Assembly (NCBI RefSeq): GCF_016925535.1
Contig: NZ_CP070496.1
Coordinates: forward strand, 3,694,257 to 3,758,256
Direction: 5' to 3'
From: Natronoglycomyces albus
Lineage (GTDB): Bacteria; Actinomycetota; Actinomycetes; Mycobacteriales; Micromonosporaceae
Length of the DNA: 64,000 nt
How positions within the stretch are numbered: the stretch's first letter is position 1; each line of letters begins with the position of its first letter. The notes beneath the pieces are model-generated. The model ran no database searches, was not told where the DNA came from, and saw only the letters and a program-made list of their open reading frames with translations. Of the stretch, positions 1 to 9,277 are shown one piece after another. A program made the translations under genes and the position numbers.

Positions 1-34
1 GCCCACCGAGGCGTAGTGAACCCACGCACCACAC

Positions 35-601
35 CTAACCGTCGCTATCGGCTGGAGTTTTGTTTTGCGAACACCATTGGACTGCGCCTGGGGCTGTCAA
101 GGTGAACAGTGCAAGGATGTTCCAAAAGCTGACGATGAAAGCAAACGCTAGCAGTGGAATCAAAAAGAGAATAGTCATAGCGACTGCTTCAATAGTGTGC
201 AACACGATAAGGAAAATACGGGCCCGGTTATCACCGTGTTTCAGTTTTCGCACAGCGAAAATCTTGCACCCCCACAAGGTGGTACACATGAACATAAACA
301 CCACGATGCTCACTAGTACCGCATTGCCAGGAGCGTCATCGACCATGGGGAGGCGGTTTCCATAGCGGTCGATGCCAGCGAAGACGAACAACCATAGAAA
401 TCCAAGCACCACCCCATCGCGGGCGACGGTAAGCCACGTAATGCTCTGCGACAAAGAAATAGACAATGGCTGCAAGGGTGCTGAGACCGGCGGCTTTGAT
501 TTTAGTTGAGGCATCAATGGCTCCATGAGGGGTAGGTGACAACACAAGTCCGGCTGATCATAAGACAAGTGCAATTTCGAACTCTGGGTTATGACCCGCA
601 A
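35..601 (-). CDS. hypothetical integral membrane protein (several hydrophobic helices)
   Basis: Complete ORF with 4-5 hydrophobic segments. No recognisable catalytic motif. The true start is possibly an internal Met. Confidence 0.4.
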   Translation of the reverse strand: MRVITQSSKLHLSYDQPDLCCHLPLMEPLMPQLKSKPPVSAPLQPLSISLSQSITWLTVARDGVVLGFLWLFVFAGIDRYGNRLPMVDDAPGNAVLVSIVVFMFMCTTLWGCKIFAVRKLKHGDNRARIFLIVLHTIEAVAMTILFLIPLLAFAFIVSFWNILALFTLTAPGAVQWCSQNKTPADSDG

Positions 602-955
602 CAGTATAGGCGGTCAGTTCCAATGTTGTAATGACTCGGAAGCTCATTCCTGCTCATCTCCTCCTGCCCTTGGAACACCTCTGTGTATCGCCCGGCCTCA
701 CCAACGACCGACCTTGTTCTACTATGGATATTTACCGCCGCTTCTGCACTGCTGCTGTTCACAGCAGACATCATCATTCTCTATATCGTTGCCAAGTTGA
801 AGCTCAGCGAGAGTTCCTAGAGGGCGCGCATCGGTGGGAAGGTAGTTGAAACCATCCGATTCAATGAGACATTGAACCTGGCGGGAAGCCGCCGCTGGTG
901 TGAGTAGGTCCCTTGCACGAAAGCCGAGCTCGCGAGGTCGGCTTAGAATGAGCTC

Positions 956-1795
956 ATGACATACCCACCGCCCCCTGGCCCTAGTCCCGAAGGCCAGCAT
1001 CAACCGCCCTACAACCCCGTTCACTACCCGCCCTCGCCTCCTATGCAGCCGACCGGCCCCCAACCCACCGAGCAGACCGGTGCTTTGAACTTGGCCCCGA
1101 AAAAAGCTGGTGTCTCGGTCGTCACGATGGCGATCTTGCTGGTGCTGGCGTTGGCTGGGGGCGCGGTCGGCGGTTATTTCTTCGCCGGTGTGAGTGAGGA
1201 GGCTGGGGGTTCGGACGGGGCTGACGGAGCGGGCTCGGAATTCAATGAACCCGAGCTCGTCGGGCAGCCTTTCGACGAGCAGGATTTCGACGACGACCGG
1301 ACCTTTCGCGATCTCAGCTTTGACCGGCTTCCCTCCGAATGGGAAGAACGTGAAGAGCCGTTCAACCGCAATGGCCGCACTATCAGCGACCCAGTGTGGC
1401 ATGTGATGGAAACCCCGGACGACTGGATCAGTTCGATCACAACCGGGGGCCTGAACCAGTTTGTCGTCGGCTATGACCGCACCCAAATGGAGAGGTCAGT
1501 TCCGGGCATCTTGCAGGAATTCATGTCCAACGAGGTCGTGTTGCTGCACAACGCTTTGCATGAGGAGATCACCTACTCCTATCACGAGGTCAGCGGACGG
1601 CCCGCCGTGTTGGGCGAGACAGTAATCGCCTGGGATGGCGACCCGGCTCAGGGGCTGCCGGAGATGCAGGTCGCGGTGTTGATTGTCGATGCGGGGAAGG
1701 GTTACGCGAAGGTCGGCGTCGTGGCGATCTTCAACGAGCACCGCCACGAGTACGACGCGGCCGTGGAATATTTGTTCACCATGCGCCTGTTCTAG
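956..1795 (+). CDS. membrane-anchored protein with Pro-rich N-terminal tail, one TM helix and a C-terminal globular domain (paralog 1)
   Basis: Starts MTYPPPPGPSPEG. A single hydrophobic helix (VVTMAILLVLALAGGAVGGYFFAG) is followed by an acidic linker. The C-terminal domain is alignable to the next gene (…AVEYLFTMRLF versus …AVEHLLSIQLH). The overlapping antisense ORF 722..1486 was rejected. Confidence 0.55.
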   Translation: MTYPPPPGPSPEGQHQPPYNPVHYPPSPPMQPTGPQPTEQTGALNLAPKKAGVSVVTMAILLVLALAGGAVGGYFFAGVSEEAGGSDGADGAGSEFNEPELVGQPFDEQDFDDDRTFRDLSFDRLPSEWEEREEPFNRNGRTISDPVWHVMETPDDWISSITTGGLNQFVVGYDRTQMERSVPGILQEFMSNEVVLLHNALHEEITYSYHEVSGRPAVLGETVIAWDGDPAQGLPEMQVAVLIVDAGKGYAKVGVVAIFNEHRHEYDAAVEYLFTMRLF

Positions 1796-1961
1796 ACTGC
1801 GAACCATCGCAAGTGGACTGTGGTTGGGTCGGCCGTCACCGGAGCCAAAAGCTGACCGAATAGGGTCGCCGTGAGTTGAATTGGATGGTTTAGCCCTCCT
1901 CCATTCGGATGACGTCGCAGGTCACGCGCTTAGGCGTGCGCTGGGGCCATAGAATGGCCCC

Positions 1962-2849
1962 ATGACGTACCCCCAGATGCCGGGACCGCCGCAGCCCGGA
2001 GGCGACCCGAACCAGCCCGCCCAGTTCCCGCCGCCTCCCCAGCAACCGGTTCAGCCGGGGACGCAAGGCTCGCCGATGTCGGGCCCGCCGATGGGACATC
2101 AGCCCGGCTACCCGCAACAAAGTCCCTATCAGCCCTATCAAGCTCATGGCTTCCAGCCGCAGCCGACGCGGAACTCGCCGGTGGCGACCATCGCCGTGGT
2201 ACTCCTGCTGGTCGTGATCATCGCCGGGGGCGGCGTCGGGGCCTACTTCCTTTTCTCCGGTGACGACAACGAGGGCTCTACAGTGACCCAAGAGCCCACC
2301 GAATCGGCTAGCGAGGACGGCGCCGAAACGGGCGGCGGGCAGACCACCGACCCGGACTTTTTCGAGTCGGCAACCTTCGAGACACCCGAAGATCCGTGGG
2401 AGCTTCAGCCCGGCTGGAGTGGTTCGACTCCGCATATGGCCAATGCGGATGTCCACACGATTCCGGCCGGGGAGGGCTGGGTTGCCGCGATCATGACCGG
2501 CGTCTACCACGACTCTCTGTACGAGTACTTGCCGAACAATCCTGAAGCAACCGTCTCCGAAATCCTGCGCACGTTCGAAGTGCTCAATTTGGGATCTATC
2601 TCCGATGTGGAGACTGACCGGATCGAGTTCACCGACCTGGAAATCCAGGGGCAGCGCGCGCTGCTGGCGGAGACGACTATTTCGTGGGACAAACAAGACC
2701 ATATCGATGACCGTTATGAACAAGTTGCCATCTTGCTGGTCGACATGGGCGATGGTGCCGCCTGGGTTGGTCTAGCCGCGATCCCCGAATCGCTGCTAGA
2801 TACCTACGACGGAGCCGTGGAACACCTCCTTAGCATTCAGCTGCACTGA
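1962..2849 (+). CDS. membrane-anchored Pro/Gln-rich protein, tandem paralog of 956..1795
   Basis: Starts MTYPQMPGPPQPGG. It has the same architecture: Pro/Gln-rich tail, one TM (VATIAVVLLLVVIIAGGGVGAYFLF), then a conserved C-terminal domain. A palindrome GGGGCCATagaATGGCCCC (1943-1961) abuts the start codon. Confidence 0.55.
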   Translation: MTYPQMPGPPQPGGDPNQPAQFPPPPQQPVQPGTQGSPMSGPPMGHQPGYPQQSPYQPYQAHGFQPQPTRNSPVATIAVVLLLVVIIAGGGVGAYFLFSGDDNEGSTVTQEPTESASEDGAETGGGQTTDPDFFESATFETPEDPWELQPGWSGSTPHMANADVHTIPAGEGWVAAIMTGVYHDSLYEYLPNNPEATVSEILRTFEVLNLGSISDVETDRIEFTDLEIQGQRALLAETTISWDKQDHIDDRYEQVAILLVDMGDGAAWVGLAAIPESLLDTYDGAVEHLLSIQLH

Positions 2850-2995
2850 CGTTTTGCAACGTAAGCCGTGCGTCCTGTGTGGTCACCGGCAGAACGCATG
2901 GCCCGGATGCGGACTCTGGGTGCGCTCATGACGCACCGCCAAGCAGGGTATTGGCCAAGTTCTGCGACACCTGATTGAAAATCGCATCCTTCCGC

Positions 2996-3280
2996 TCAGC
3001 AGAGCACACCAGAAACGATGTCACAGGTAATGTCCCCCAAGCGACCACACGCCGGGGCAATCATGGCTACCGGGATGACGAGCGACTGACCTTGTAGATT
3101 CAGCGCCAGAGCCGAGCCACGTTCGGGATGGGGCGAGACCATATAACGTCCCGACCCGAAGACGAACTCGACTACCTGGCCACCGGTGGCCTTGACCCGA
3201 TCGGAAGCGGTCGAGGACGTCGGCTGCGACACCGTTGAGTGGATGGGATCAGATGCCGTGAGATCGGTCGAATTACTCAT
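2996..3280 (-). CDS. hypothetical small protein (Ser/Thr-rich N-terminus, Cys-containing C-terminus)
   Basis: A 94-aa ORF downstream of 3557..3877 on the same strand. A third ORF 3277..3594 overlaps both. The coding status of all three is uncertain. Confidence 0.2.
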   Translation of the reverse strand: MSNSTDLTASDPIHSTVSQPTSSTASDRVKATGGQVVEFVFGSGRYMVSPHPERGSALALNLQGQSLVIPVAMIAPACGRLGDITCDIVSGVLC

Positions 3281-3556
3281 CGCACACCGCCCGCCAGCAG
3301 GGCTTCTACCCGCATATGCGGGTAGAACAAATCATAAGTTTGCACTTTATGGTGCGTGTTTTTGGGTGCGGGGCAGCGTATGGTGGTTCGTAGCATTACG
3401 AACTCCGTTTCTTGACGCTGAGAGGGTGGTCCGCTAAAGCAAGTTTTAGCGACGAAGTCCTTCGAACCACCCGATTCCATATGAACTTGTGCGCCCACCT
3501 GGACAAGGTGGGCTTTTCTCTGCGCCCTGAACGACCGGCCCGCAAAGCGGGAACCC

Positions 3557-3877
3557 TCAAACAGAAGCACCCCAGGTGATGCCGTAATCCACACCGATCA
3601 CATCGAATATTTCGGAACTATCTATGACTAAATTCCCAAAGTCAACGACCACGGCCATATCGAGCCGGGCGTGCCGCCAAAAATGACTAGAACCACGCCA
3701 GGGCATGAGATAGGCGTCACATTTTGACGGCGCATCCACTCGCCTTCGGGACATGGCACATGCCTTGTAGCACTCAATCCATAGCTCGGCGACATCACCC
3801 TCCCCATCTTGACCAAACCAATGCCAGAGGGTTGCCGCGCTCTCGAAATCGTTCCACTTCGGCGACCATGAGTCCAT
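3557..3877 (-). CDS. hypothetical small Trp-rich protein, first gene divergent from the AT-rich region
   Basis: The ATG is at 3877, directly flanking the AT-rich 3.88-4.2 kb intergenic region. It encodes 106 aa with many Trp/Cys residues. No known family was recognised. Confidence 0.3.
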   Translation of the reverse strand: MDSWSPKWNDFESAATLWHWFGQDGEGDVAELWIECYKACAMSRRRVDAPSKCDAYLMPWRGSSHFWRHARLDMAVVVDFGNLVIDSSEIFDVIGVDYGITWGASV

Positions 3878-4028
3878 AAGGGACGTAGATCGACTCCGCT
3901 AGCTAGCGTTATATCGAGAGTTAAGACGAATATCTACACTATTTCGAGCATGAACCAATTACTTGACGCTTCTAGCATCAATCAAAATCACGCATTAAAT
4001 AAATCGAAGTAATGGTCAACATCACTTC

Positions 4029-4052
4029 CGATCATAGGATCATTGGATGATC
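4029..4052. promoter_or_regulatory. perfect 7-bp inverted repeat CGATCAT-N10-ATGATCG in the AT-rich intergenic region (candidate operator)
   Basis: Read directly: cgatcataggatcattggatgatcg. It contains nested ATCAT repeats and lies about 20 bp upstream of a sigma70-like -35 element. Confidence 0.35.
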
Positions 4053-4070
4053 GTATTAATAAAAAGCAAA

Positions 4071-4099
4071 TTGACGACAATTCAGCTTCGTGTTATCTT
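4071..4099 (+). promoter_or_regulatory. candidate sigma70-like promoter (TTGACG-17 nt-TATCTT) driving the plus-strand gene string
   Basis: TTGACG lies at 4071-4076, followed by a 17-nt spacer and TATCTT at 4094-4099. The surrounding region is locally AT-rich. Confidence 0.35.
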
Positions 4100-4198
4100 C
4101 TGATCGGCAATGTGCGACTCACTGGTAATCACTGTGGATAGACAGTGTCCTGGGTTCTAGTGACGCATAAACCCCCTAGGAATAATAAGGAGAAAATC

Positions 4199-4279
4199 AT
4201 GCAGAACTCCAATGATGTCCTTCGCCAACTCGAGTCCGCTTCCGTGATGCGCGGATGCCAGGACAAGGAAAAGAAGTAA
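4199..4279 (+). CDS. 26-codon mini-ORF (MQNSNDVLRQLESASVMRGCQDKEKK), a candidate precursor or leader peptide
   Basis: The ATG is preceded by AAGGAGA at a 7-nt spacing. It ends with TAA and is followed by a 10-bp-stem hairpin. It is too short to appear in the ORF track. Confidence 0.4.
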   Translation: MQNSNDVLRQLESASVMRGCQDKEKK

Positions 4280-4291
4280 TCCTTTAACACA

Positions 4292-4324
4292 GCGGCGGCA
4301 ACGCTAATCCCGGTTTGCCGCCGC
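4292..4324 (+). terminator. stem-loop GCGGCGGCAA-N13-TTGCCGCCGC between the mini-ORF and the next gene (candidate attenuator or partial terminator)
   Basis: A perfect 10-bp inverted repeat was read directly. No U-tract follows, so read-through into the 4368 gene is likely. Confidence 0.4.
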
Positions 4325-4367
4325 TCCACCCCTCTTATAAGACCGAGCCGACTCGGAGAGCACGAGA

Positions 4368-5483
4368 ATGACCCCCCTGGATAATGTTGCGTTCGACGAA
4401 CATTTGGCTTCTCGACGAATTGCAGCTCGTGATGAATTGCTGCATCTCGCCCAGTCGATGAGTCAGCGCAATTCCCCTCAGCACTGGGATGCAGTGAAAG
4501 ACATTCCTAAGAACGCATTTCTGGAGCCCCGGCTTTTCACGCAATTCTCGCAACCCACGTTCGACCTGACTACGCTGCAACAACTTCTGTTGTCGCAATT
4601 CCAGGAAAGGACCGTACTCATAGCCGTCAAAACCGACTCTCAGGGAGCAATCTCCATTCCTGGCCTCGGTACGTGTGACACGGGCACTCCTGCGACAACT
4701 GGCACAGCCACATACCTCACTAGCGGCAACCAGCTGAGCGTTCAGCTCCACGGACAGGCAGCACAGACCTTCAAGTTGAAAGCGGCGGTCCACGTTCCGG
4801 GGACTGAAATCGAGCTGGTTCGCTACCTCGACCCGGCAGTCTCGGCCTTTTTGCGCAGCCACTCGGTGGACTTCGAGAAGACGCAATTGGTCTTTCCGAC
4901 AGCTGAACATCGGGAACAGATCGCGCGCGCACTCACTCTTATAGAACGCGCCAGCCCCGCATTTCACACCATGCTGCATGAGTCGATTCGCTCTCTCTGC
5001 CTCTACCATCACCCGTCCGACGCATCATTTGCAGCGCTCGGAATACACGGGATGCTCTTCTTCAACGTTCCGACGACGACAACGGTCGGCTACTTCATTG
5101 ACGAATTGGCACATCAGGGCGGCCATGTCCTCTTTAGTGAGGCGACGCTTCACCGCCAAGACTTCTTTACCGTCGACCCCGACACCCCTATGTCCGAAGT
5201 CATCGGGGACGACGATGCCAGATCCGCTTATGACACATTTCATGGACTTTACACCGAATTTACGGTTTCTCAGATACTCAACGCCATATCAAACCTCGGA
5301 GTGGCAAAGGCGGATGAAGCAACCGGTATTCGGCACCATTTCGACATAGTCATGGAACACAGCTCGCGCGATATCGCGCTAGTCGAATCGTGCGCGGAAA
5401 AGCTCTTCACTTCACTGGGGCACCGCGTCTTCGCACAGTTCAAGGACAGCTACGACCGCATTCAATCCCCCGTCACGCAGTAA
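4368..5483 (+). CDS. hypothetical 371-aa protein with His-rich motifs (ELAHQGGH, HTMLHE) and possible metal-dependent enzymatic function
   Basis: The ATG is preceded by GGAGAG. There is no exact match to a family I can name from sequence. It resembles HExxH-type peptide-modifying proteins only loosely. Confidence 0.5.
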   Translation: MTPLDNVAFDEHLASRRIAARDELLHLAQSMSQRNSPQHWDAVKDIPKNAFLEPRLFTQFSQPTFDLTTLQQLLLSQFQERTVLIAVKTDSQGAISIPGLGTCDTGTPATTGTATYLTSGNQLSVQLHGQAAQTFKLKAAVHVPGTEIELVRYLDPAVSAFLRSHSVDFEKTQLVFPTAEHREQIARALTLIERASPAFHTMLHESIRSLCLYHHPSDASFAALGIHGMLFFNVPTTTTVGYFIDELAHQGGHVLFSEATLHRQDFFTVDPDTPMSEVIGDDDARSAYDTFHGLYTEFTVSQILNAISNLGVAKADEATGIRHHFDIVMEHSSRDIALVESCAEKLFTSLGHRVFAQFKDSYDRIQSPVTQ

Positions 5484-5501
5484 CAGATTGAGCCCCATGT
5501 C

Positions 5502-6635
5502 ATGAAAACTACTGTCGAGATCCTCAAAGAAATGGTGGCGATTCCCAGCGTCAACCCCCTGCTCGCGTTGGAGGGTGAACCCGACGAAAGCCACCTGGCC
5601 AACTACATTGTGTCCACTCTGTCCGCTCACGGAATCAAAGTGTGGAAACAGCCGGTGAGCGAAGGCCGAGCGAACGTCATCGCCCACGTGGAGAGAGCAG
5701 GCAACGCCGACGACACGCTCGTCCTGCTCTCGGGACACATAGACACCTACCCCGCTGGCAGCCCCCACGCCGACTTCACCCCCATTGTGGAAGGCACCAC
5801 CGTTTACGGACGAGGAAGCGCCGATGCGAAGGGCCCTCTCGCCGCGATGGTCAGCGCGCTGTTCACCGCTTCGCAAGCTCGGTCGCGGCGTGAGGTGTAC
5901 CTAGCGGCGACCATCGACGAAGAGTGTTTGATGAGTGGCGTCAGCGAACTAGCGGCCCTGGGAATTCGGCCCGACATCGCCATCACGGGCGAGCCGACCA
6001 GCCTTGAGCCGGTCGGCATTCAAAAGGGCATAGTCCGCGGTCACATGCGGCTGTCCCATCCGAGCGCACACGCTGCGTACCCGGCACAGAGCAGCGTGTT
6101 CCTGTCCACAGCCGCCCTAATCGGGGCCGTTGCCGAACTCAACGAGCACCTGGCTTCGCGTACCCGACATCCCCTATTGGGGCCAGCGACCGTCTCCATC
6201 ACGACCTTGTCCGGCAACGGCGGCATGAACCTCGTGGGCGACGAAGTGGTCGTCCAATTCGACGCCCGTTTTCTCCCCGGCTCCACAGGCGAGGAGTTCG
6301 CAGCACATATCGCACAGTTCGTGGCAGAGCGGCTCAACGCAGCGACGACATTCACCATGGACACCCCTTCGTTCATCTCCCCGGCCAACGAGACCGATAA
6401 GGCGAACGCGGCCGTCCACGATTTCTTGGCGACCATCGGCTCAGTGGCCGGGCCCCGCGAGCTAGGGCACTTCTCCTACGGAAGCGAAGCGGGCATCCTC
6501 GCCACGTTCTCCAAGGCCAGCCTCGTTTTCGGGCCAGGGGACGCCAAGTACTCCCATGGCCCCACCGAGTGCATCGACACCAACGAACTCGAAACGGCAG
6601 CCGACATACTTCGTGCTTTCGTGGTGCGGTCATGA
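5502..6635 (+). CDS. M20 family metallopeptidase/deacylase (ArgE/DapE/CPG2-like)
   Basis: The N-terminus MKTTVEILKEMVAIPSVNP and the motifs LSGHIDTYP and GRGSADAKG are hallmarks of the M20 family. Confidence 0.85.
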   Translation: MKTTVEILKEMVAIPSVNPLLALEGEPDESHLANYIVSTLSAHGIKVWKQPVSEGRANVIAHVERAGNADDTLVLLSGHIDTYPAGSPHADFTPIVEGTTVYGRGSADAKGPLAAMVSALFTASQARSRREVYLAATIDEECLMSGVSELAALGIRPDIAITGEPTSLEPVGIQKGIVRGHMRLSHPSAHAAYPAQSSVFLSTAALIGAVAELNEHLASRTRHPLLGPATVSITTLSGNGGMNLVGDEVVVQFDARFLPGSTGEEFAAHIAQFVAERLNAATTFTMDTPSFISPANETDKANAAVHDFLATIGSVAGPRELGHFSYGSEAGILATFSKASLVFGPGDAKYSHGPTECIDTNELETAADILRAFVVRS

Positions 6636-6739
6636 ACACGCCCCGACAAGCAAGCCGGTCACCGGCAGTCCGCAGTCGACGTATCCAGCTCGGCGACAGC
6701 TCAGCCGTCGCCGGAAACCACAGGAAATAGGAAGAAAGC

Positions 6740-7489
6740 ATGTCTGTGCACACCGAACGATCGTCATCACCGAGCCGTGACAAGCTCTGCCTCGCCCTCG
6801 ACCTCACCGACCGGGCGGCCCTGCTCGACATCGTGGACGAACTGAAGGACCTCGTCGGCTGGTTCAAGATCAACTCGGCGTTCACTCTGTTCGGTCCCGA
6901 GTTGGTGCGCGAGCTCCTGGCTCGCGACGTCCGAGTGTTCCTGGATCTGAAACTGCACGACATCCCCAACACCCTCGCCGGCTATGGCACGGCCGTCACC
7001 GAACTGGGCGCCCATCTGGTCACTGTCCACACTTCCGGTGGTGTCGACATGATGCGTTCCCTCGTCACCTCCGCCGACGAGGCGGCGGCCCAGCTGAACA
7101 AACCCCGGCCCACCTTCGTCGGGGTGACAATCCTGACCAGCACCGATCAAACCGGGTTGAACCAAGAGCTGAACGTGCCGGGCACCGTCGAAGAGGAAGT
7201 CGCCCGCCGGGCTGGGCTCGCGAAGGAAGCGGGCCTTGACGGAATCGTGTGCGCTCCGGTCGAGCTGGCCACGGCACGGAAGGTCCTTCCCGACGCCGCC
7301 TTCCTGGTGACACCTGGCACCCGCTCACCTGGGGTCAGCGGCAACGACCACCGACGCGTCGGCACGCACGCCAATGCCATCGCCGACGGCTCCTCGCTGC
7401 TGGTGATCGGCCGTCAAGTACTGCACTCGGAGGACCGCCGGACCACCGTGGCGCAGATCGTGGAAGAGATCGAGGAGGCCCGAGCGTGA
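6740..7489 (+). CDS. pyrF: orotidine-5'-phosphate decarboxylase, type 1 (Bacillus/E. coli-like)
   Basis: FLDLKLHDIPNT, VTPGTRSP and LVIGRQV match the type-1 OMPDC signature. The gene is 249 aa. It sits in a non-pyrimidine-operon context. Confidence 0.85.
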   Translation: MSVHTERSSSPSRDKLCLALDLTDRAALLDIVDELKDLVGWFKINSAFTLFGPELVRELLARDVRVFLDLKLHDIPNTLAGYGTAVTELGAHLVTVHTSGGVDMMRSLVTSADEAAAQLNKPRPTFVGVTILTSTDQTGLNQELNVPGTVEEEVARRAGLAKEAGLDGIVCAPVELATARKVLPDAAFLVTPGTRSPGVSGNDHRRVGTHANAIADGSSLLVIGRQVLHSEDRRTTVAQIVEEIEEARA

Positions 7490-8283
7490 GAGCCCTGCCG
7501 CCGAAATCAGTGATCGCTTGCGTCCATCTGCTGCCCACTCCGGGCTCCCCCCGTTTCGACGGCAATGTCGAACGCATCTACGCGACCGCTCTAGCCGAGA
7601 CCGATGTGTTCCTACGCCACGGCGTCGACGCCCTGATCGTGGAGAACTTCCGGGACCAGCCGTTCCTACCCAACAGCGTCGGGCCCGAAACCACCGCGAC
7701 CATCGCGGGCGTGGCGCGGGAGGTAGTGCGAGCATCCTCGGTGCCCGTTGGCGTTGCGGTGCTGCGCAACGACGCCGCGGCCGCCATGTCGATCGCGGTG
7801 GCCACTGGCGCGCAATTCATCCGCGTGAACGTGCACACCGGAGCCGTGCTCACTGAACAAGGCATTCTCACCGGGCAAGGTCACGACACCCTACGGCGGC
7901 GCGAACAGTTGAAGGGCACGGTCGACATCTGGGCTGACGCCCGGGTGAAGCACTCCGTGCCGTTCACTCATCACGACCTGGCCGCCGAGATCCGGGACTT
8001 GAACAAAAGCGCCGACGGCATCATCGTCTCCGGCGAACTGACCGGGGTAGAGGCCCTGCCTCAAGACCTGAAGGTCGCTCAAGAGAACAGCTCCGCCCCC
8101 GTATATGTCGGTAGCGGAGTCACGGCGGTGAACCTGGCCCAACAATTCGACTCTGCCGACGGATTCATTGTCGGCAGCGACTTCAAGGAAGACGGTGTCG
8201 CCGCCCGGCCCGTCGAGGAGGGCCGCGTCAAGACCTTCATGAACGAGGTTCGCAGACTCCGTGAAGCGTCTACACCGGCATGA
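7486..8283 (+). CDS. BtpA/SgcQ family TIM-barrel protein
   Basis: A GTG start overlaps the pyrF stop (GTGA). The sequence IACVHLLPTPGSPRFDG…IVENFRDQPF…GFIVGSDFKEDG is typical of the BtpA family. The track ORF 7249..8283 was trimmed to the overlap start. Confidence 0.8.
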   Translation: MRALPPKSVIACVHLLPTPGSPRFDGNVERIYATALAETDVFLRHGVDALIVENFRDQPFLPNSVGPETTATIAGVAREVVRASSVPVGVAVLRNDAAAAMSIAVATGAQFIRVNVHTGAVLTEQGILTGQGHDTLRRREQLKGTVDIWADARVKHSVPFTHHDLAAEIRDLNKSADGIIVSGELTGVEALPQDLKVAQENSSAPVYVGSGVTAVNLAQQFDSADGFIVGSDFKEDGVAARPVEEGRVKTFMNEVRRLREASTPA

Positions 8284-8333
8284 GTATCACCGACCACCAA
8301 GCACGCAGCACCAGCTCATCGAGGTAAGGCTAT

Positions 8334-9044
8334 ATGGACAGTAGCAACGAAACGCGGGTCGACATCGAATCCTTTCGGAAGCTCTTCGGCGAGCCCCGGC
8401 CGACGCAGGGACGGCTGATCTCGATCGTCGGGTTCGACGGGTCGGGAAAGACCACCCAGATAGAGCAAACTGCGTCGGCGCTGCGTCGGCAGGGCCACGA
8501 AGTAGTCGAGACGAAGCAGCCCACCGACTGGTACCGGCAGCTGTCGAAAGTCCAGTCCTTCCACGCCGAGGGCGGCTCCGTCGAAACCGCTCACATCCTC
8601 GCCTTGCTCGCTGCCGCCGACCGTCGGCAACATGTGCGTGAGGTCATCGAACCCGCGCTGGAACGCGGCGCGATCGTCCTGTGCGACCGATACGTGTACG
8701 CGACGTTCGGGGTGTTCATTCACCGAGGCGTCGACTCGGAATTCCTCGCGACCATCAACAGTGGGATTCCACGCCCCGACTACGCCTTCTACCTGGACAT
8801 GTCCAGTGCGGACCTTGTGCGAAGGCTGAAAGAACGGGACGGCGAGAACCTTCAACATGAAGAAAAGTCGGTCGACCGCATCGAATCCATCACGCGCACA
8901 TACAAAGAGCTGGCCTCAGAACTGATCAGTATCGACGGGTCCGCCCCACCCACAGATGTCACGGCCGCGATTCTGAGCCACCTCCAGATCGGCCCCCCGA
9001 CTACCGAGAACTCCACCGACCACGGGCTCTCGGCCAACGCTTAG
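8334..9044 (+). CDS. thymidylate-kinase-like P-loop kinase (dTMP kinase family)
   Basis: It has P-loop GFDGSGKTTQ, LLAAADRRQH and VLCDRYVYATFG, which correspond to the Tmk lid and DRY region. The gene is 236 aa. Confidence 0.75.
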   Translation: MDSSNETRVDIESFRKLFGEPRPTQGRLISIVGFDGSGKTTQIEQTASALRRQGHEVVETKQPTDWYRQLSKVQSFHAEGGSVETAHILALLAAADRRQHVREVIEPALERGAIVLCDRYVYATFGVFIHRGVDSEFLATINSGIPRPDYAFYLDMSSADLVRRLKERDGENLQHEEKSVDRIESITRTYKELASELISIDGSAPPTDVTAAILSHLQIGPPTTENSTDHGLSANA

Positions 9045-9277
9045 GAATTCACTCGCTGAATCCCTAAGCCCGCAGATGGAAAGCGCGTCCGCGGGCATCG
9101 AAAGAACCACGACAAGAAAGGTGATAACCATGCCAGGCAAAGGCCCTTCGATCACTCCGTCCATCGCAGGCATCTTCAAGCCGCGCCCCTAACAGGGCAC
9201 CTGGTCGCCGCCAAATCTGACAAGGGCACCGGACGTTGAGCGTCAGTGCCCGGCGGCACGAGGACAAACCCCTGCGC

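Noticed and set aside
722-1486. A 254-aa minus-strand ORF overlapping the first Pro-rich membrane protein gene
   Set aside because: It is antisense to a gene that has a clear tandem paralog. It has an Arg/Gly-rich composition typical of GC-driven spurious frames. The same applies to 1890..2723 opposite the second paralog.
4368-5483. Calling the 371-aa protein an HExxH-motif (aKG-HExxH/peptidase) family member
   Set aside because: The sequence has ELAHQGGH and HTMLHE but no strict HExxH. Without a profile search the family assignment would be a guess, so it is left as hypothetical.
7249-7485. 5' extension of the BtpA-family ORF back to 7249 (344 aa in the track)
   Set aside because: The extension lies wholly inside pyrF in another frame and is Arg/Pro-rich. 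A GTG overlapping the pyrF stop gives a normal-length (266 aa) BtpA protein.
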